In this document: positions 1-12,460 of the stretch, in pieces
Numbering within the stretch: position 1 is the first letter of the stretch
How the letters are laid out: each line of letters starts with the position of its first letter
NCBI RefSeq assembly: GCF_009914755.1
Contig: NC_060936.1
Source: the human T2T-CHM13v2.0 reference genome, Homo sapiens
DNA length: 64,000 nt
Reading direction: 5' to 3' (one strand)
Program-made: the position numbers and the translations under genes
The notes under the pieces: model-generated
Databases searched by the model: none
What the model saw: the letters and a program-made list of their open reading frames with translations, nothing else
Told to the model about the DNA's origin: nothing

Positions 1-767
1 GTGCACTTGGGCAGGCTGAGCGACCTGAGTGAAATGAAGCCAAATCCTGGAGGTGCAGGTGTGAGGATGGGTCTGGGTGTGGGGTGGGGTGGAGGGCTGA
101 AGAAGGAGGCGTAACATTGTGTAAGGTTGGATATTAAACCTACTGCAGCAAAACCAACTCTGCCCGCTTCCCCGGGTATTTATCATGCTTACCTTCTACC
201 GCACACACCGTCAGTGTGAACTATTGCATAGAAAAGGGTTTTCCAACATTGCCAGGTCAGAGCTGATTAAGCTTTCACTTAAGACCAAGAGTGGATTAAA
301 CTTTGGGATCTGCCCTCCTCCGGAGGGGGAGAAGCTGGCTGATGTTCACTGACATGTGGCTGCATGGCCACATCAGTTGTTAAATATTGAGAAACTTCAG
401 CTGTCCTGTGTCCCTGAGTGCCCATCCCCCATCCAGGACCTCCCACCCCCCCACATTTCCTCAGTGGAAGGCTGCTCCCTGGACTCATTTCGGTTGGTGG
501 GTGCCACCGTGGTTCAGTATTTTCAGAAGTTCACTGTAGCCTGCAGGTTATGCCAAGTCCCTTGACACTGGGTCCTCATATTTCCTGCTGCTGTATTTTT
601 TCCTTATGAGATAGAAATGAGACTTGTCAAAACCCTACTGACTCTGTTAGGCCCAGCCCAAATGTCACTTTGTCTACTAAGACTGCCCTGGTCACCTGTT
701 TCTTGGCCCACCTGACACTTGGTTTATACCTCTTTTATGGAAAATTATATTTAACTTCCTATTACAG

Positions 768-976
768 CTATGGCTTGCAATGGGGGCGATTTTACCACCT
801 GGGGACATTTGGCAGTGTGTGGAGACAGATTTGGTTTTCACAACTGAAAGGGGAGCTACTGGCATCTAGCGGGTAGAGGCCGGGGATGCTGCTGAAGAGC
901 CTACAGTAGATGGGACAGCCCCACCCCAGAGAATGATCCAGCCCAATAAGTCAGCAGTGCTGAGCTGAGAGATCTA
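768..976 (+). mobile_element. MER20 DNA transposon (hAT-Charlie MITE)
   Basis: Collinear over ~210 bp with the MER20 consensus: ggggacatttggcagtgtgtggagaca...gctactggcatctagcgggtagaggccggggatgctgct...ggacagccccac. Confidence 0.9.
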
Positions 977-1899
977 CAAGCCTCCGTGTCTGTTCAGCTC
1001 CTTCCTGGGAGCTCCCAGAGGGCAGGACACAGCTGCTTGCATCTTGCCCCAACCCTCTCCTCCAGGCCCGCAACCCCCAGGAACCAGGGTGAGACATTGC
1101 ATTTAGTTGGACACTCAATAAATGGGGCTGAATTGAATTCATTTAGTTAAATGGAATCAAATCGAATTGAACCTAAGCTGCCCTGCAGATCGTTAGGCAA
1201 ATGCACCAATTACCTGGTGCAGTAGCTTAGTCTTTCCTTTGCTTCACAATCAAGAAGTGGCCTCCGTGACCTAGACTGGGGGCTTAGGGATGAGAGTGAA
1301 AATTGAAAATGCTTGCAAGCTGTGGCCTTGAGTGGTTTCAGACACTTCTCATTTATTGTGCATCTTAATGACACAAGTAACTCTCTGACCTTCTCGTCTC
1401 AAAAGTGATGGGGCCAAAAACAGCCACTGCCCCAACTGTCTGTTGAGGAAGGTTGGAAAAGTGCAGGACTGTCCAGAGTCTATACTGAGAGGCAGTGTGG
1501 TATGGAGCTGAGCTCCTCAGTGTTCTCACATTGGAACCCACAGAGAAGATGCTCCCATCTGAACTGTATGCCCAGGAAAGGGGGCAGGCAGGCGGCTGGC
1601 TCAGGCGCTGCCCTTGGCCCCAAGGCTGTGGGAGCAGAGCCTGTCACACCAGCAGTGCATTAGGGGCACACTGTTTGTGTGAGCACTCTGGTGAGGCAGA
1701 AAAAACATGACCTGAAGAGGCAGATGACCTCTGTGTGGCCAGCCCCTTCACCAGCGCTAGCTGTCTGACCCTGACCTGTGGGCTTGCCCTCCTCTGTAAA
1801 GGGGAATAGAAATTCTTCCCTGCGTCCAGGCAGGGGCTGGACTTGGTCAGCTTACGTGCCTCTCCCCAAATATACTAAGTGCTCTATATGCATTGCTCC

Positions 1900-2030
1900 C
1901 CTCCCCTCCACCTGCATTCCCATTCCACAGATGAGGCCGCTGGGGCACAGAGAGATTGTGTTGCTTGCCCAGGGTCACACAGCTAGTATGCAATAATGAC
2001 CAGTTTCAAACTCAGAGTCCATGCCTTGGC
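1900..2030 (-). mobile_element. MIR SINE
   Basis: Reverse MIR core: cagatgagg...gcacagagag...ttgcccagggtcacacagctagta. Confidence 0.75.
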
Positions 2031-2773
2031 CGTTCTAGAGTGCTGCAGCATCCTTTCTGTCCACTTCTCAAAAATGCAGCCTCTGCCCATCCTTCCATCC
2101 TCCATGGGGTCTTGAAACTCAAGCCTGCTTTGCCTGGGTGTTTTTAAGCTATGCTTGCAATATGCGCAGTCATCTCTGGGCTTTTTATGTGTCACTCATT
2201 GATGAGAACCAAAACTGGACAAGATTAGAAGTGAGGCTTTCCTTCTTTCCAAGATTGGATTTTCTGTTCCACCCAGAACAACCTGCTGTTCCCCAGCTGC
2301 ACGCCCTGGTTTCAAGTAGGTCTAAAATTACAAGAGAATCACCTTGCTCCAAGGAAGCTGGCATCTCTGTTTCCTGATGAAAGTAGGTACTAGAGAGTGG
2401 AGCTACCCAGAAACCAGGGGGTGGCATGTTGGCCATGTGGAGGCAAACAGAGCTGTGTTTTCTTTTCTTGGCCTTCTTAAAGATGTATCTAATTTGGGGC
2501 ATGTTTTGTTTGGTTCATCTTGTATCTGGAGAGGTTCTTCTTTTCTCCCTAAGTGACATCCCTCTTGAGCCCACAATTCCCTCTTCTCAAGGTGAGTAAT
2601 CCTCTCTCTAGCTGTTCATAATTGCTAATTAGTGAACAAAGAGGCTAACCAACAAAATTAGCTATTGGGCCAGGGTTTAGGATTGAACCAAAGGGTGGAG
2701 AAGGGCTTTAGTCTGCTTGTTTTTTATTTGTTTGGGTTTTTTTTCCTTAAAAAAAAAAAAAAAAAAAGGAATC

Positions 2774-3075
2774 GGCCAGGCACAGTGGTTCACACCTGTA
2801 ATCCCAGCACTTTGGGAGGCTGAGGCGGGTGGATCATCTCAGGTCAGCAGTTCGAGACCAGCCTGGCCAACATGCGGAAACCCCGTCTCTACTAAAAATA
2901 CAAAAATTAGCCAGGCATGGTGGAGGGTGCCTGTAATCCCAGCTACTCAGGAGCCTGAGGCAGGAGAATAGCTTGAACCCAGGAGGTGGAGGTTACAGTG
3001 AGCTGAGATCATGCCATTGCTCTCCAGCTGGGCAACAAGAGTGAAACTCAGTCTCAAAAAAAAAAAAAAAAAAAA
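2774..3075 (+). mobile_element. Alu, AluS (AluSq-like), full length
   Basis: Dimeric Alu with A-rich linker and 3' end ggcaacaagagtgaaactc (Sq/Sp-type). A20 tail; A-tract plus atc on both sides resembles a TSD. Confidence 0.93.
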
Positions 3076-3333
3076 TCGCAACAAAACATACAGCCCTTCC
3101 CCACTGGTAATTTATCATAATCGTATCTAAAGTGTTCTTACCCAACATGTTCACCATTTGAGGAAAAGTTACTGATGATTCCTTATCTCATCAGCTATGG
3201 AGGCCTCAGAGGGGTTTTCCAAAGGAAATGCCTGACCTCAGCATAGGATGGAAGAAGGAGGTGCCGTTCTCCGGGAGGGTGTGTCCACCCCAGCCCATCT
3301 GCCACCAGGCTGGCCTAAAAGAAGCGGCGTCCT

Positions 3334-3335
<2 letters not shown>

Positions 3336-3382
<47 letters not shown>
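3336..3382 (+). repeat. (TG)23 perfect dinucleotide microsatellite
   Basis: Uninterrupted TG run of 47 bp. Confidence 0.98.
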
Positions 3383-3383
<1 letters not shown>

Positions 3384-3479
3384 TCTTTGTCATCTTCAGC
3401 ATATCCAGTGCAGAAAGAGATAGAGGCATTCATATTCAGCAAATGTTTCTTGGCATGTAATTACATCATCTCTTTAAAA

Positions 3480-3600
3480 TCTCATTACAACCCTTTCCAT
3501 TTATTGGACCAAGAGATTGAGGCTAAGATTTACAGACTTCCTCTGGGCCACACCTAGTAAGTGGCAGTAACAGGAATTAACTATACTCTCTAAAGTCAGT
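3480..3600 (-). mobile_element. MIR SINE (degenerate)
   Basis: acaaccct...gagattgaggctaag...ggccacacctagtaagtggcag matches reverse MIR. Confidence 0.6.
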
Positions 3601-5099
3601 GGCCGTAGTGTTAGGAATTTACGACTAATAAATGCCAATTCTGTTGGGAAGACAAAAATTATCATATAAGAAAGGACTTGAAAGAAAGGAGAAGTGCTAA
3701 ATGACGAGTTTCTAAGTGCACTAGGCTTTCTGGAAACTGCACAATCCAGGTTAACCGCAAGCGGTGGGCAGTTTGTGGGTGAGAGAACAGTGCGCACGCC
3801 CACATGGCTGTTCTGTGAGATCACCTCTTGGGAAATATTTAGAAACTGGTGCCCACTTTCCCAAGTTTCCAGCAAAGCCTACAGTCACTGTCCTCACTGG
3901 AGGTGCAGTCAGTGTTCTTCTGGGCCCCCGAGACTGGGAAGGCAGATTCTTACTCCATTTCTGTGCCTCTTCCACTGCCCTCTCTTCCCTCTGCTGCCTT
4001 CTCCCTTTCCTTCTGCTCTTTGTAGAAAATAGGTCTGCAGCAGCCACTGAACTTTGTCTCTCTTTGTTCTGCTCTTGGTCTTACTTCCCTTCTTTCTCCT
4101 TCCACCTCTCCTGGCTGATTTTTCATATCATCCCCATGAGAAAGCTTTTTGCCTTCCTTAAAAATCTTCTCAAAAGTGAATTTCTGCTTATGGTTTAAAC
4201 AGATACCATTGTCAGCAGGGGTCAGTGATGACCCACCCATCTCCTACACTCCTTCCCTTTGCTCTCTGGTTCCCACATTCGATTCTGTTTCCTCCCACTT
4301 GCTCGGTCCTTCGGGTAGTCTCAGCTTGCCCTGATCTCTACCACGTGAATGGAGGGAAAGCTAAGCCGTCCTTCCTGGCTTTCCAGTGAGCCAGTGGGTG
4401 GACCTTCAGCCCATAGACTCACCTTCCTGCCTATGTGAGCATCCAGAAAACTTTTGGGGTGTGTTACCAAGGAGACAATGGAGTATTTATTGTACTACCT
4501 TCCTTAGACTTTCTTATGCAACCTGCCCTCTTTCCCGGATTGCTGTGATGCTGCAGGGAGGTTTCTTAAATTAATCTTGTCAAAATAGCCTTCGAATCCT
4601 TTTGGAGCAGGATTTTTTTTTTTTTTTTTAAATCTCACAAGACACAAACTGTTCAAGGGAAGAATTAGGAACAAAGACAACTTGGGGACTGGAGAGAACT
4701 TGGAGAGCATTTAGAGAAAAGCGGGGAAATGATTGATGGGTTGGAAAATAGGAGCATGGATGAATGGTGAGGGGAATGGAGATGATTTAACTGGGACAGA
4801 GAGGCTGACAGGTGACCTAGTAATAGGCTTCCAGTTTGTGGAGGGTTAGGACATGGAGACTGGCTTCCCACTACCAGGGAAGAAAAGACACTTAAAGTGG
4901 GAGGTAGGGGAGCCTGAGGCTACAGGAAGAACTCCTTATCACAGGGTCTGTTAATTATAGCAAGGCAGGATGGATCACAAGCTCTTCCACCAAGCAGTCT
5001 TCCCAGACGAGAGCAGCACTGGGACGGTGGTAGGGATTTCTGTAAGTCATCCAGTGCACAGCTTCCCGATCGCTTGTCCTCAGATAGTAGCGAGATGGC

Positions 5100-5210
5100 T
5101 GCCTCAGCATCTCCAGGGACACGTAGTAAAAAATACAATTTCGTGGGCCCTATCCAGACCTCCTGGTTTAGAGTTTCTGGGAGGAAAGTCCAGGTGTCTG
5201 TATTCTTAAA
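5100..5210. mobile_element. MER5A fragment (hAT-Charlie)
   Basis: cagcatctccaggg...aaatacaatttcgtgggccctatccagacctcctg...gagtttctggg...tctgtattcttaaaa resembles the MER5A core. Confidence 0.65.
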
Positions 5211-5280
5211 ACACACACAAACACACCCCACCCCCCCCCACCCCCCCACCCCACACACACACACACACACCCCACCCCAC
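5210..5280 (+). repeat. Compound (CA)n / C-rich low-complexity repeat
   Basis: acacacacaaacacaccccaccccccccacccccccaccccacacacacacacacacaccccaccccac. Confidence 0.9.
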
Positions 5281-6599
5281 CAGGACAAATGCAGAACTAA
5301 CTCATTGAGAACCAAGAGGCTGGTGATGTGAGGAAAGAGGAAATGCCTCCCCCGGATTCCTCAGGTTGCTGCCTGCAGCATCCCGCTAGATCTTCCACTG
5401 CCCGTGAGCTGCTCAGGAGCCCAGGCCACACCTGCCCTGGTGGCTCCGTCCAGCATCCCTGCTGGGTCACTTGGAATGGACGCTGGGGCATCAAAGCTGC
5501 CCTACAGCTCTGAAGAACCCCTGCGTCTCTCCCTAATGACAAGGGTGCTGGGAAAAATGCTCATTCCATGTTTTTATCTGGACTTCACCAGCAGTCACTG
5601 AAGTCTTAGGTCACAGTTCTGTGGAGTTTTCCAACGGGTCCCTCAGACACCACCGCTGCCCCACAGGGGCTAGAATGGAATGAGCTTGGGAGTCAAGAGA
5701 TGTATCTGCCTTGAGCTTGAGCAGGTCATTTTACCTCTCCCCGTTGCAGTTTCTTTCTCTGGAAAAGGAGACACCCGGACTGGACAGTCTCTGAGGTCCA
5801 TCCAGCTCTACCTTTCTGTCTCTACTGGCTGTTTGAAGAATTGCAATGCTCGAAGAGTATAAAGTAGATTCAGTGTAATATTTCGTAGTGAAGTATTTTA
5901 AATTCAATGTTTTTTTTTTCTTTGCATAACTTATCCTGGGGAAGTTGGGAAGGATGAGGAAAAATATACGAATCCACTCGTCTCCAGCTAGCTCAGCTTG
6001 TGTGTAGGCCTGCCGTTCACCACACACGACCATGCGCAAGCTCTCTGGTCCCTTGGTGGCAGCATACCAAACTACAGATTCTGTTCTTTGGCCTCAGAAC
6101 AGTCTTGTGTATGTTTTAAATGTGTAGCTTGGAATCAACGAGTATTTTTCATGGGGAGACTAGGAAGGTTGGGGGGCTGGGATCATTATTTCACACACTT
6201 ATTTGCTTGTTTCTTGCTGAATTCCAGATTGCGGTGGTACTTTAAAAAAAAAAAAAGCTCCAATATCAATTTTAATTTTGCTTCTAACCTTTTGGACCAG
6301 CCACACCCTGACACTTAAAAAATAATAATGAAATGTTAGTATAAGAAAAATTGCTAGCTGACTATCCCAGCCTTCCTCCTTAGTAACTAAACCTGATTTG
6401 GGGCACATTGCTACCTAGACTGTAATAGACTTTCCAGTGTCCTGCATGGCCAGGTGAGCTCTGGACGATGATAGAGATAAACTAAATTACTGTAGGCTAT
6501 AATTTAAGGAAGCCTCCTTTAAAAAAGTAAGGAAAGGATCCTTTTTTCCTTTCTCCCTTCCTCCCTTCATTTCTCCTTCCCTCCCTTCTGCCTCCCTCC

Positions 6600-6840
6600 C
6601 TCCTTCCCAGGGTGCAGTTGTAATGGCTGGAGTTCTAGCAGCCACTTTGGACCATAAGATGGAAGCCAAGCATTGAGGATGGCAAAGCAGAAAGCTGAAA
6701 GCCTGGGACAGGATGACCATGGGGCTGCCATCCCATCCCAGGACTGTCTCCCTTCAGACATCTTTTATGTGAGAGAAAAATAAAGCCACTATTATCTTTT
6801 GTTTTATTTATGCAGCTGCACCAAATTCTAATGAATCCAT
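6600..6840 (+). mobile_element. MaLR LTR fragment (MLT1J/K-like)
   Basis: atggctggagttctagcagccactttggaccataag...gaggatggcaaagcagaaag...tgtgagagaaaaataaagccact...tgcagctg...taatgaatcca, typical of an MLT1 3' half. Confidence 0.75.
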
Positions 6841-6989
6841 ATAAGTTCCAGGTGAGCTGGCTTAGATGGTGAGAACCAAGGTCAAAGGCAAAGGGTAGCC
6901 CTGATAAGCAAATGCCACTGCTGAGTTGCTCAGAGCAGTAGACTTTTGCTATAACATAGCACAGGAAAGGAGAGATTTTGGAGACAGAT

Positions 6990-7175
6990 GGAGTGTGACG
7001 TCGAGCTCTGCCTGAGACCGACTGTGATCTTGATCAACTGATTGTCTTGAGTCTGGATTTCCTAATTTGTAAATTAGAGTAATAATCTCCACCCCGCAGG
7101 CCATTCATTGGCATTAGACATCGTATGTATTAGGTGTCTTGTTTAGTACCTAGCACACAGCTGGTGCTTAAAAAT
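6990..7175 (+). mobile_element. MIR SINE (degenerate)
   Basis: gctctgcc...ctgtgatcttg...tttcctaatttgtaaattagagtaataat...cctagcacacag. Confidence 0.6.
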
Positions 7176-10100
7176 AGTGGCTCTGTGTGTACATAGGCAC
7201 ATGGTATGTCCCCCTGGCCACAGACACTGTGCTATGCGCTGGGGACATACAGAGGCATACGGTGTAGCCCCAGCTCTGAGGGGGCGTGAAGGCCACTGGG
7301 ACATCTCCAGTGTTGTAGCATGGGGCCCAGGTATGCAGCCTGTGTGTGCCTTCATGCTGTGATGCAGGCTTGGGAATGCATCCCAAGCCTGTGTACAGTG
7401 CCAGAGATTGAAGGATCCCATCTTAGACTGGCACTTCTTGGCCTTCACTCACGTGGGCCTGTGGCTCGGGATACTTCCCTTCTCCTTTACTCCTTCTGAA
7501 TCCTACATGTTTTTGTGGCACGCGGAAGTCCTTCCTCCCCCATAGACCCACCCAACCTAGTCTAGCTAATCCTCAACATTGCACTGAGCTTATTTCAAGA
7601 CCACACAGTTCAAGACAACACTTGTTCTCCTGCTGGGGTGCATGTGTGTCCTCTCCAGCTGGACCATAATCCTCCTGAAAGCAGAGCCCCGTTCTGATCG
7701 TTCCTTTAGTGTGGAAGGCACAGTAGGCACTCAGTGTTTTGATGGAGAAAGCTGAGTTTTACAGTTAAGAATATTTTTTTCTGCGAGGGCTCAGATCAGG
7801 CCTACAGCCCTCTCTCTCCTGTGGCTGCAGACTGTAATGAGGGAGAATGGAAAGAGAGCAGGGAGGGATGGCTCAGCCCCAGGTGCACACATGGCCCAGC
7901 CCAGATTCTAGGCCCAGCGGGCATCAGGACAGCTGTGCCAGGCAGACACAGGAGAGCCTTCCTCTGACCCAGGTGTGAACTGGATGATAAAAGATGGTTT
8001 CTCACCCTAAGGAAATCTCTACATAAAAGAAGTTCCCTCATCAAAATCCTCCCAGTGGCCGTAACAGGCTGTTAGTCACATGCAATAATGGCCTGGGGTG
8101 AGTAGGTATCAGGCAGCTGGGCTGAACTGCCTCCTTCCATCAGGAGTGAGCTCTTGCACTCCCACATGGTCACAGTATGGCCCTCCAGAGGAACACTCCC
8201 CTCACCCAAGAGCCAGTCCTGCATCCTCTTGTCCCAGTTGTGCCCTTTCCCTGGCTGACCATAGCATTGTCTGCTCTTGGAGGTTCCCCGTAAGGAGACA
8301 AGCTACCTTGGATGGCTTCCTGATCAGGGGCCTGCTTCTCCCTGGAAACCCACCTTGTCTCATCTCATAATATACTGAGGAGGATCTTGGAAACCACTAA
8401 AATGATCATTCTTCCCCTCTCCATATCATTTCTATATTCCTGCTTTTGGAAACTCCACATCATTTTGACCTGGCTCAACCAATTAGGTAGTCCACTCCAA
8501 ATAAGTTACCAACCCGTACTCACAAAACCACTTTCAGCTGTCGGAGGAGAGGTGGCTATCTGGCGCTGTTTGCAGATGTCTTTCTCTTCTGTTCTTGTTG
8601 AATCCTTCCCCAGTTTGCTGGGGTTCCCAGTGGGGGAGTGCTTCCACAGTGCCCACCCCACCCCAGCCTCTGCCTCTCCCCACCCTTCCTGCTTCCTGTT
8701 TTCTAGAGCTTTTTTCTTTCTTTCCCCTGAAGGTGATCTCTGTATAAGAATAGCCACAATATGTGTGTGGGAGGTTTAGCAACATAACCTGGAAGATCTC
8801 TTACAGCCTCTGGAGTCTTGATTTCCTTGAGTGTCTTGGACTGGATAATGGTGTGTATTAAGGTTTGGGGTAGGGGGACGGTAAAGAATACCTCTGCTTC
8901 TTCTTGGACCTGTCAGTGAAGCACAGTTTGGAAGGGAGAAGGCTGGGGATGTTCAAATAGTAGGCAGACCCCCTGAACAACAGTAGCAGGTGTGGTCCAA
9001 ACTTACTGGCCGGCCTGCAGGCCAGGAGGCCAGTGCCATCATCCCCTCGTGCCTGGTGACGATCAGCCCTTAGAGCTTTGAGTGCCAGTTTAGCAGAGAG
9101 GGTGGACTGATCCCTGGTCTTCTCCAAGGACAGCCTAACTCATCAGTCAGCATCCCAGCCCCAGACCAGCCCCAAGGTCCACTGCATCTGATGTGAGTCT
9201 TCAGACCTAAACGAGAGGTGAGGCCGGAGTGAAGGCCCACACTCTCCTTTTAGTTCTCTTTTTTTTCTCCATTATTGGCATGATTTTGACAGTCTCTAGG
9301 TGAATGCCTATAAGGACAAAGGAAATAAATTTAAAATGTGAATGCAATAGGGAAAATGCAATTTTTACAGGCGTCTCTGAGAGTTGGTTTTCACTTTAAG
9401 ACCTGGCAGTGGCAGTAAAAGTGCACACCTTGTTTGAAAGGTGCAGTGCCAGTGGGAGAGGCTGGGAGTGGACCAGACATCTATGAAATCCACACTGTTG
9501 TAGAAACCTGTAAACCCGGTGTGGCGGCCCAGTGCAGAGACTTAGGATACAAAGAGAGAGGAACTTAAGTTATGTTGTGGAAATGTGACTTCTTAATACC
9601 GTTCAGAAAATAGGTACAGAGGCAACAGTCCCAATCTTCTGCTAGAAATTTCACTCGGCTAAAAGCAGAACGTTTAAATACACTCTTGCCATGGGCTGCT
9701 GAGAGGTCCAGCTCTCAAGAAGTGGGAGCAGCTCTAGGGATGGCCACGCTGGGCTCACTTCCGAGAAAGAGGAAGAGTTAGTTGGGGTGAGGAAATCATG
9801 GAGGAGAAAGACCAGTCATTTCGGGGCTCCTCGTCCTGAAAGCAGAGACTGCCGTACAGAACTCAGCCCACGGAGGTCAGCCACAGACACCTCAGGAAGC
9901 ACAAAGAAGAGAACGATCTTGTGATTCCAGGAGAGTCTCTGAAAAGAAGGTAGTTCAAGAAGAGTAGAACAAGCAGGGGCTTGCAGAGAATGAGAATACC
10001 ACATGGGCCTCTGCGGTGAATTTAAGGCAAGAAGGAGAATGAGGAAGCAACAGCCCCTGCCTGTGAGTGGCCTACAGGCTAGAAACAGAACAGCAGACGC

Positions 10101-10189
10101 TGCCACAAAGGAATTGACCCAATGCATTTACAAAGCATTCCAGTCTTTCTTGTCCAGCTTTATCCCAAGTAGTGGAAGAACCTCCTGAT

Positions 10190-10725
10190 ACTTTCTTAAA
10201 GCTTCTGACAGTGATCTCTGTGAAATTATGGAGCGTGTGTAGGGGCCAGAGAAGCGAAACATTTTGATTTTCTACAGCTAGGAGGCTGTAGGAGAGTAAG
10301 CTCGATGTTAATTCCTGGAAGACTCTTAGGGTATATTCTTTAAACAATAGTGTGTGTGCTTTCAAAAGAAATCGGTAATTTTAGGAACATGGCAAATTAA
10401 CTGAACTTTCTTTTATTGTAGGTCTACTAGGTTTAGATCAAAAGAATACCGAAGATAGTGTTGATTTTATTAAGGCACTGAGGGGCATCTATCATGATTT
10501 CTTTTGAAAAATATGGAGAAATATGTTAATAATTGTTAGGCCAACACTGGCCCAAAAATGCAGATTAACAGATTGATGTCAGTTTGGAGGGAGGACTTCA
10601 GTTCATTGTCATGGGGCTCAGGCCTAGTCAGCATGTCTACCACTGGCCTTCATGAAATTGCAAAATAGAAACTTAACGAATTTGTTGAAGACACAAAGTT
10701 GGGAGAGATGACTAATGCCATATAA
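10190..10725 (+). mobile_element. L3/CR1 LINE, decayed RT region (5' piece)
   Basis: Matches CR1/L3 RT sequence: catggcaaattaactg...tagtgttgattttattaaggcactga...gatgtcagtttggagggagg...aatttgttgaagacacaaagttgggagagatgactaat. Confidence 0.7.
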
Positions 10726-11224
10726 ATAATGCATAGAAAACAATATTTTTAAAATCCATGCTGGTTTTTAATTTAACATGACAGGAGACCAAATATGCTT
10801 GATATACTTCCTAAGAACATATAAATAAAGTACCATAAATATGCCAACAAGTTTGAAACTTCCAATCACATTGTAAATCAAGGGGCGCTAAAGAGCAAGT
10901 GGAATTCCTACCAGTGGGAATGGGTGAATTGAGAGGCATTTTTCTGGCCTGCACTCCACGTGTCTATCCACTGACAGACCCAAAGAGCTGGATTGTTGAA
11001 TAAGATGTGATTCAGGCAGAAAAATATGAAGACATATGAAAATATGCAAGGTCTCAGAAAATAAAGCATACATGTCCTCCTCCAGAGACAATGAATCAAT
11101 TAATTTTTAATGTTCCAAGTGATTGAGATGAATGAAAATCCAGGACCCCAGCATAGTATAAAATGGACCAATGGTGAATTGAAACCAATTAAATAGAGCT
11201 GAGGCATCCTGAGCAAGAGCACAA

Positions 11225-11370
11225 GCTCTGGGAGCTGCAAATGAGCCTCACCCCTGCCACTTACTAATTGTGGGACTGTGCGAGAGTTATTTAACCTTTC
11301 TGAACTTCACTGAACAGGTGTGATTTCTGTGAGGATTAAATAGAAAATGTAGGTAAAGTGCCCAAAATTA
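11225..11370 (+). mobile_element. MIR SINE
   Basis: ctgccacttactaattgtgggact...gagttatttaacctttctgaacttc...tgtgaggattaaat. Confidence 0.7.
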
Positions 11371-11733
11371 CAACTCTTATCAACTTTATTAGTATTATTT
11401 ATAAAAATAACTATGTTAACTATAGTTACAAAATAAAAATTAGAATTTAGTTTTAAAAATAATATTTTGAGAAATAACAATATAAGAAATTGCCTATATA
11501 ATACAAGACTAAATTGGTAATGACAAGGAAATATTGGGTGCTGGAGGGAAGCAGGTGTTACATGTATTTTAAAACTTACTTGTGTTAATGAAGGGAACCA
11601 TGAGTTAAAGTTTTGTTTTGAACTTTGTAAATTATAGAAGTTTAATTTGCAAATGCTTTTAATACGTATAAAGGTTAAAAATCCGGGTTTCAACTTTCAA
11701 AAACTCAAGATAAAACAAAAGTATACTCTATGA

Positions 11734-12460
11734 CAGCAGTCCCCAACCTTTTTGGCAGCAGGGACCATTTATTAGTCTGTTCTCACACTGTTATAAAGAA
11801 CTACCTGAGACTTAGTAATTTATGAAGAAAAGAGGTTTAATTGACTCACAGTTCCACAGGCTGTACAGGAAGCATGGCCTGGAAGCCTCAGGAAATTTAC
11901 AATCATGGCAGAAGGCAAAGGGGAAGCAGGCATGTTTTATCACAGCAAAGCAGGGGAGACAGAGAGAGAGCGCATGCACAAAGGGGAAAGTGCTACACAC
12001 TTTCAAACAACTAGATCTTGTGAGAACTCACTTACTGTCATGAGAACAGTAAGGGGAAGTCCGCCCCATGATTCAGTAATGTCCCACCAGGCCCCTCCAC
12101 CGACATGTGGGGATTCCAATTTGAGATGAGATTTGGGTGGGTACACAGAGCCAAACCATATCACACCAGTCTCATGGAAGATAATTTTTCCACTGACTGA
12201 AGGGATGGGGGCAGGGTTTTGGGATGAAGCTGTTCCACCTCAGATCATCAGGCATTAGATTCTCATAAAGAGCATGCAACCTAGATCTCTCACATGCGCA
12301 GTTCACAATAGTGCTCGAGCTCTTATGAGAATCTAATGCTGAGAGGAGGCAGAACTCAGGGAGTCATGCTTGCTCACCTGTAGCTCACCTGCTGCACAGC
12401 CGGTTCCTAACAGGTCATGGACCGGTACCGGTCCGCCATTGTGGGGACTGGGGACTCCTG
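11734..12460 (+). mobile_element. MER1B (hAT-Charlie) split by an MSTA LTR
   Basis: Termini cagcagtccccaacc ... ggggactcctg. Perfect 8-bp TSD ctctatga at 11726-11733 and 12461-12468. Internal ctgttccacctcagatcatcaggcattagattctcata. Confidence 0.92.
11768..12163 (-). mobile_element. MSTA-type MaLR solo LTR
   Basis: tattagtctgttctcacactg...gagatgagatttgggtgggtacacagagccaaaccatatca. Imperfect 5-bp TSD gacca/cacca. Confidence 0.92.

Noticed and set aside
4417-4560. Minus-strand coding exon ending at a perfect AAG|GTGAGT donor
   Set aside because: The adjacent putative exon has multiple stop codons and only a weak acceptor. Isolated consensus donors occur by chance.
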